Positions 24,350 to 32,000 of a stretch of 32,000 nucleotides of DNA are shown one piece after another. A program made the position numbers and the translations under genes. Source of the stretch: Pseudodesulfovibrio mercurii (lineage in GTDB: Bacteria > Desulfobacterota > Desulfovibrionia > Desulfovibrionales > Desulfovibrionaceae); NCBI RefSeq assembly GCF_000189295.2, contig NC_016803.1, positions 960,001 to 992,000 of the forward strand. The letters run 5' to 3'. How positions within the stretch are numbered: position 1 is the first letter of the stretch; each line of letters opens with the position of its first letter. The notes below the pieces were generated by a model. That model saw only the letters and a program-made list of their open reading frames with translations, did not search any database and was not told the DNA's origin.

Positions 24350-24492
24350 GTAAGAATACGGATTACTTGCTCTTCAAATCATGGGGCTGCGGGGCGCAAC
24401 GGGGGAGGCGGCGCACGGGACGTCGGGTGGGGGACCGGACCGGGAACGCGCGGAGGCGGCCTGGACCGGAGAGGGAACCGGAGCGGGCGCGG

Positions 24493-25416
24493 TTACTCCG
24501 ACCGGCTGCGCCAGCGCCGGGCCAGGGCCACGCCCGAGACGTTGTGCCACAGGCTGAAGAGCGCGCCCGGCAGGGCCGTGGCCGCGCCGAAGTGCTTCAC
24601 GGCCAGGGCCACGCCCAGGCCGGAGTTCTGCATGCCCACCTCGATGGCCAGGGTCCGCGCGTCCCGCCTGTTGCAACGGGCCAGGCGGGCCAGGCCGTAC
24701 CCGGCGGCCAGCCCCATGGTGTTATGCAGGACCACGGCCAGCAGGGCCAGGAACGGCAGGCCGAGCAGGGTCGCCTGGTTCAGGCCGATGATGCAGGCGA
24801 TGAGCAGGGCGATGACGATGATGGACAGGGACGGGAACCAGCGCAGGAACGGTTCCAGGCGGCGGCGGAAGAGGCGGCGCAGGATCAGGCCGTCGATGAG
24901 CGGAAAGACCACGATCCAGAACACGGACGTGACCATGGACCAGAAGTCGATCTCCACCTGCCGCTCCAGGAACAGGTAGATGATGGCCGGGGTGAGGATG
25001 GGGGCGACGCAGGTGGAGGCCAGGGTCATGGTCACGGACAGGGGCACGTTGGCCCTGGCCAGATAGGCGATGACGTTGGAGGCCGTGCCGCCGGGACAGG
25101 CGCCGACCACGATCATGCCCACGGCGATGTCCGACGGCAGGCCCAGGGCGTAGGAGATGGCCACGGCCAGGACCGGCATGATGACGTATTGGAGGACCAT
25201 GCCCAGTCCCACCAGGGGCCACTTGCGCAGGATCTCGGCGAAATCCCCGAATTCCAGGGTCAGCCCCATGCCGAACATGATGACGCCCAACCCCAGGGGA
25301 ATGTGCGGCTTCACCCAGATGAAGGCCGGGGGCCAGGCCAGGGCCACCCCGGACATGACCACGGCGATAAGCAGGAAATTTCGCTCGATGAAAAGGGGGA
25401 CGGCGTCGATTTTCAT
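24493..25416 (-). CDS. Bile acid:sodium symporter (BASS) family transporter
   Basis: ..GLGVIMFGMGLTLEFGDF.., ..GMIVVGACPGGTASNVIAYLARANVPLSVTMT.., ..EVGMQNSGLG... The start is either ATG 25416 or the track's TTG 25434; neither has a clear SD. Confidence 0.85.
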   Translation of the reverse strand: MKIDAVPLFIERNFLLIAVVMSGVALAWPPAFIWVKPHIPLGLGVIMFGMGLTLEFGDFAEILRKWPLVGLGMVLQYVIMPVLAVAISYALGLPSDIAVGMIVVGACPGGTASNVIAYLARANVPLSVTMTLASTCVAPILTPAIIYLFLERQVEIDFWSMVTSVFWIVVFPLIDGLILRRLFRRRLEPFLRWFPSLSIIVIALLIACIIGLNQATLLGLPFLALLAVVLHNTMGLAAGYGLARLARCNRRDARTLAIEVGMQNSGLGVALAVKHFGAATALPGALFSLWHNVSGVALARRWRSRSE

Positions 25417-25664
25417 GCCCGTGGGTTGGCCCAAATACGACTTCTTGTCAATGTCCGGGCAAAAAAACAGGGTTCATCGGCCGTTTTCCCAGAAAATCGA
25501 CGTTCGGCGTCGCCGTCATGGGGCCGCCGGACCGGGCGCGGTCCGCATGGCCGCCCGCACCCGAACCGGGACGGGATTCCGCCTTGCCGGGGAGCATCGC
25601 GGGATGGTACAAGGGAAGTGTTGACGAACGGTCGGGAACGCTGTAGGAAAACCCTTCCCGTACA

Positions 25665-25756
25665 GAGGGAAGCCGGACGGCGGTCGCGTCGAGAATTCCG
25701 TCAGGTCCGAGAGGAAGCAGCGGTATCGGTTGCTGCCGGGTGTCCGGTTTCCACTC
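25665..25756 (+). ncRNA. ffs: Signal recognition particle RNA (small bacterial SRP / 4.5S RNA); ends approximate to about 10 nt
   Basis: Contains the conserved domain IV sequence GTCAGGTCC-GAGA-GGAAGCAGC (GNRA tetraloop at 25709..25712). Two flanking 44-nt arms pair into one long hairpin (CCGGAC/GTCCGG, GGCGG/CTGCC, GGAAG/TTTCC, GAG/CTC). TTGACG-N17-TAGGAA lies upstream (25621..25649) and a terminator follows directly. Confidence 0.72.
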
Positions 25757-25790
25757 AAAGGCGCGTTCAGCCATGAACGCGCCTTTTTCT
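25757..25790. terminator. Intrinsic terminator after ffs, convergent with the 3' end of the hybrid kinase gene
   Basis: 13-bp stem AAAGGCGCGTTCA (25757..25769) / TGAACGCGCCTTT (25774..25786), then a T-run on the + strand. The kinase stop codon is at 25799. Confidence 0.75.
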
Positions 25791-25798
25791 TACCCCGG

Positions 25799-29224
<3,426 letters not shown>

Positions 29225-29385
29225 TGGCTTTCTCCGTACCCTCTGGGGAGAACGTCCGGGAACCGCCCGAGGTCAGGCTGCCGACGCCTCGCACGGCCTC
29301 GGCGCTCGAGGAACGGCCAGGTCCCCTGGGGCCGCCCCCACCCCTTTCATAGGACCATGTCCACTTCCCGTCGATTATATTCAAC

Positions 29386-29417
29386 ATCCTTGCCCCGATC
29401 ATATCCTTGCCGATCAT
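29386..29417. repeat. Adjacent tandem direct repeat ATCCTTGCCCCGATCAT / ATCCTTGCCGATCAT between the SBP and kinase genes
   Basis: 17-nt and 15-nt units abut each other. A third CCGATCA core lies at 29427..29433 (core spacing 15 and 17 nt). A perfect minus-strand TATAAT lies at 29379..29374. Confidence 0.6.
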
Positions 29418-29446
29418 CCCCCCGGCCCGATCAGGCCGCGCCCGGG

Positions 29447-30193
29447 TCAACGCAGCCAGCGGTCCAGGACGGGTTGCAGGGCGCCCTCGGCCTTCAGCCC
29501 CTGGAGGGCGTCGTCCAGTTTCCGGCGAAGCTCGGAGTTGCCCTTGACCACGGCGAAGCCCACCGGCGAACCGGGATCGCCCACGTCGATGACCCGCACG
29601 GGCAAGGCGTACCGTTCGGCCAGGAGACGGCCCACGGCCAGCGGCGCGATGACCGCCACCACCTTGCCCTCCTTGAGCATGCGCATGGACTGGTCCTTGC
29701 TTCTGGTCTTGACGATGCGGATGGAATCGAGCAGCCCCCGCTGCCGCAGGTACCGCTCCACAAAGGAATGCCGGTCCCCGGCCACGGCCTTGAGGACCAG
29801 GTCGTCCACGGTCCGGATGCCTTGGTCGTCGCGGTTGACGAAGACGACCACCCGGCGGTTGTAATAGGGCGAGGTAAATTCGAAAAACGGCCTGCGTTCG
29901 CTGTTGATCTCCATGCCGATCACGCAGTCCAGTCGCCCCAGGCGCAGGCTGGCGACGACGTCGTCCCATATCCCGGGCACCATGCGGGCCTTGATGCCGA
30001 GCCGGGCGAAGACGAGCTCGGCCACCTCCATGTCCAGGCCGGTCGGCTCCCCCGCATCGTTCAGGAACTGGTACGGCGGATAGCCGCGGGCCATGCCGCA
30101 ATGGAACGGCGCATCCTGCGCCCGCACCACGAGGGGCGCCAGGACGAAGCACAGGCAACACGCCGAAATAACCAGGTGCATGATCCGCCTCAT
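29447..30193 (-). CDS. Periplasmic solute-binding protein, family 3 (amino-acid-type SBP fold)
   Basis: Start re-set to ATG 30193 (SD GGGAGA). Signal peptide MRRIMHLVISACCLCFVLAPLVVRAQ. ..YPPYQFLNDAGEPTGLDMEVAELV.., ..FTSPYY.., ..GFAVVKGNSELRRKLDDAL... Confidence 0.85.
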   Translation of the reverse strand: MRRIMHLVISACCLCFVLAPLVVRAQDAPFHCGMARGYPPYQFLNDAGEPTGLDMEVAELVFARLGIKARMVPGIWDDVVASLRLGRLDCVIGMEINSERRPFFEFTSPYYNRRVVVFVNRDDQGIRTVDDLVLKAVAGDRHSFVERYLRQRGLLDSIRIVKTRSKDQSMRMLKEGKVVAVIAPLAVGRLLAERYALPVRVIDVGDPGSPVGFAVVKGNSELRRKLDDALQGLKAEGALQPVLDRWLR

Positions 30194-30394
30194 CGCTTGT
30201 CTCCCGGTGGCTCCTCCCGTCGCCCTGTCCCATGATATTTCCAGTGGATGCCGCAAGGTAACACACGATTCCCGGACCGGACCAGCCCTTTATTTTCGTC
30301 CTTCCGGCCGACCCCGCCGCCATTTGTTGTAACCCGGAGGCGGTCCCGAGCGCTTATTTCATTGGAGGGGGCAACCTCAACCAAGGCGGCACCT

Positions 30395-30589
30395 ATGTTC
30401 GATCACAACGGGCGGGAGCCCATACTCAGCGAGACGGAGATCCGTTTTCTCCTGTCGGATACGGCGGTCGGCGCAAAGTCCATGCCGCGCCCGACGCGGG
30501 ACAAGGGCAAGGGCAAGACCAAGGGGGTCCAACGGAAGCGGCTTGTCGAAATACTGTCCGCCGCGATCCGGGAATACCGACAGCCCTGA
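30395..30589 (+). CDS. Hypothetical small basic protein (64 aa)
   Basis: MFDHNGREPILSETEIRFLLSD...RDKGKGKTKGVQRKRLVEILSAAIREYRQP. High GC3, unlike the upstream part of track ORF 30248..30589. A strong terminator follows. The SD is weak. Confidence 0.5.
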   Translation: MFDHNGREPILSETEIRFLLSDTAVGAKSMPRPTRDKGKGKTKGVQRKRLVEILSAAIREYRQP

Positions 30590-30614
30590 GCCGCACGCAC
30601 GGCGCAAGGCGCAA

Positions 30615-30650
30615 CAAAAAAGGCTTACGACGTTCGTCGTAAGCCTTTTT
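30615..30650. terminator. Bidirectional intrinsic terminator between the small ORF (+) and tRNA-Ser (-)
   Basis: 11-bp stem AGGCTTACGAC (30621..30631) / GTCGTAAGCCT (30636..30646), with an A-run 5' and a T-run 3'. Confidence 0.8.
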
Positions 30651-30658
30651 GCATTCGG

Positions 30659-30750
30659 TGGCGGAGAGGAGAGGATTTGAACCTCCGTTGGAGTTCCCCC
30701 CAAACACGCTTTCCAGGCGTGCTCCTTAAGCCGGACTCGGACACCTCTCC
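30659..30750 (-). tRNA. tRNA-Ser (anticodon GGA), long variable arm
   Basis: The reverse complement GGAGAGGTGTCCGAGTCCGGCTTAAGGAGCACGCCTGGAAAGCGTGTTTGGGGGGAACTCCAACGGAGGTTCAAATCCTCTCCTCTCCGCCA has acceptor GGAGAGG/CCTCTCC and anticodon stem CACGC/GCGTG with loop CTGGAAA. It closely resembles E. coli tRNA-Ser(GGA). Confidence 0.9.
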
Positions 30751-30812
30751 GCAGCAGAGAGGGAGTAACTACCCAATATGGTGGGGCTTGGCAAGCAAAA
30801 ATTTTCCCCTTT

Positions 30813-31730
30813 TCAAAGCGGGAGTTGCAGGCTTCCCCGGAACTCGTCCAAACCCTTCGCGCCGATCTCGGCGAGCAGCTTTTCCATCTCGTCGGCCAGG
30901 CCGAAGGCGAAGTCCGGACGCAGGAAATTGGCGGTGCCGACCTGCACGGCCTGGGCCCCCACCAGGAGGAACTCCAGGGCGTCCTCGGCCGAACTGATGC
31001 CGCCGATGCCGACCACCGGAATGTCCACGGCGTGCACGACCTGATGCACGCAACGCAGGGCCACGGGCTTGATGGCCGGACCGGACAGGCCTGCGATGAC
31101 GTTGGCGATGCGCGGCCTGCGGTTGCGGATGTCCACGGCCATGCCGGACAGGGTGTTGATCAGCGAAAGCGAGTCCGCCCCGCCAGCCTCGGCGGCCCTG
31201 GCGCAGGTCGTGATGTCGGTCACGTTGGGCGAGAGCTTGACCATGACGGGCTTGTTCCCGGCATTCTTCTTGACCGCCTCGGTGACCCGGGTGATCTGGG
31301 CCGGGTCCTGGCCGAAGGCGACGCCGCCCTCCTTGACGTTGGGGCAGGAGACGTTGACCTCCAGCGCGGCCACGCCCTCCTCGCCCGCCAGCACTGCGGC
31401 CAGCTCGCCGAACTCGGCCGCGTCGCAGGCGTACAGGTTGGCGATCACGGCCACCTCCCGCCAGGGCAGGTTCGGCAGGGCCTTGGTCACGAAGTGCTCC
31501 ACGCCGGGGTTCTGGATGCCGATGGCGTTGAGCATGCCGCACGGCGTCTCGGCGATGCGCGGCATGGGGTTGCCCTCGCGCGGCTTGAGCGAGAGGCCCT
31601 TGGCCACGAGGCCGCCCAGCCGGGTCAGGTCGCCGTAGGGCGCGAATTCCAGGCCGAAGCCGAAGGTCCCGGATGCGGTCATGACCGGGTTCTTGAGGGA
31701 AAGACCGCCGAAATTTACGTGCATATCCAT
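30813..31730 (-). CDS. pyrD: Dihydroorotate dehydrogenase, class 1B catalytic subunit
   Basis: ..LKNPVMTASGTFGFG.., ..GMLNAIGIQNPG.., ..LEVNVSCPNV.., ..VKLSPNV.., ..GLSGPAIKP.., ..IPVVGIGGI... SD AGGAGG lies upstream of ATG 31730. Confidence 0.95.
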   Translation of the reverse strand: MDMHVNFGGLSLKNPVMTASGTFGFGLEFAPYGDLTRLGGLVAKGLSLKPREGNPMPRIAETPCGMLNAIGIQNPGVEHFVTKALPNLPWREVAVIANLYACDAAEFGELAAVLAGEEGVAALEVNVSCPNVKEGGVAFGQDPAQITRVTEAVKKNAGNKPVMVKLSPNVTDITTCARAAEAGGADSLSLINTLSGMAVDIRNRRPRIANVIAGLSGPAIKPVALRCVHQVVHAVDIPVVGIGGISSAEDALEFLLVGAQAVQVGTANFLRPDFAFGLADEMEKLLAEIGAKGLDEFRGSLQLPL

Positions 31731-31743
31731 GGTCGCGGCCTCC

Positions 31744-32000
31744 TACAGCTCGACGTTGTCGGCCCAGAACACCGGACCCTGCGTACACACCTGCACGTGG
31801 TGCCCCTCGCCGTTCCTGGTCACGCAGCCCAGGCACGCGCCCACGCCGCAGGCCATGCGGTTTTCCAGGGAGACCTGGGCCCTGACGCCGTACTCCCCGG
31901 CGAAGCGCTGGACCGTGCGCATGAACGGGGTGGGCCCGCAGGCCAGAACCAGCCCGCCCTTGTCCGCGTATTCCTCGATCAGCCCGCGCAGGGCCTCGAT
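31744..32000 (-). CDS. pyrK: Dihydroorotate dehydrogenase 1B electron-transfer subunit (C-terminal part; the gene runs off the right edge)
   Basis: Manual reverse translation ends ..VSLENRMACGVGACLGCVTRNGEGHHVQVCTQGPVFWADNVEL*, the PyrK 2Fe-2S cysteine cluster. It lies 13 nt upstream of pyrD. Confidence 0.85.

Noticed and set aside
24365-24492. A GC-rich, unassigned 128-nt stretch between the BASS gene 3' end and the nikK-like promoter
   Set aside because: It has no ORF with coding character, no clear hairpin with a U-tract and no repeat structure. It is probably just 3' UTR or spacer.
30258-30264. A second GTAACAC heptamer (NikR half-site) in the SBP/small-ORF divergent region
   Set aside because: No GTGTTAC-like partner lies at N13/14 on either side. 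A single heptamer can easily occur by chance.

Overview
High-GC chromosomal segment. Its gene content and order (bacteriohemerythrin, UbiD/UbiX, rpsF-rpsR-rplI-dnaB, class 1B pyrK-pyrD, an SBP plus hybrid-kinase pair, FadL-type and porin-type outer membrane proteins) suggest a Desulfovibrionales-like sulfate reducer. That taxonomic call is inference only. I support 34 CDS calls (two truncated by the window edges, two small and uncertain), two tRNAs (Arg-CCG, Ser-GGA), one SRP/4.5S RNA that the ORF track cannot show, several intrinsic terminators, and some promoter or operator candidates. The ORF track uses GTG/TTG starts and reports the longest ORFs, so I re-set many starts using SD sequences, signal peptides and predicted promoters. 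Most of the window is core housekeeping: uvrC, hisD, purC, ribosomal proteins, dnaB, thrC, tlyA, pyrD/pyrK. I saw no CRISPR array, transposase, integrase, rRNA, toxin-antitoxin pair or known defence module. The only accessory-looking stretch is about 19.0-25.4 kb. It holds a rhodanese/di-iron fusion protein, an ECF-type ATPase plus T-component pair with no S-component, a FadL-type channel, a glycine-zipper membrane protein, a monocistronic NikK-like DUF4198 gene behind a NikR-type inverted repeat, and a BASS transporter. The most interesting items are that nickel-like locus, the rhodanese/di-iron fusion, a 28-aa membrane ORF coupled to purC, structured elements upstream of the porin and rpsF, and tandem repeats in the promoter region of a large SBP-associated hybrid kinase. 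I do not see convincing evidence of a complete, previously undescribed multi-gene system, and the interest scores reflect that.
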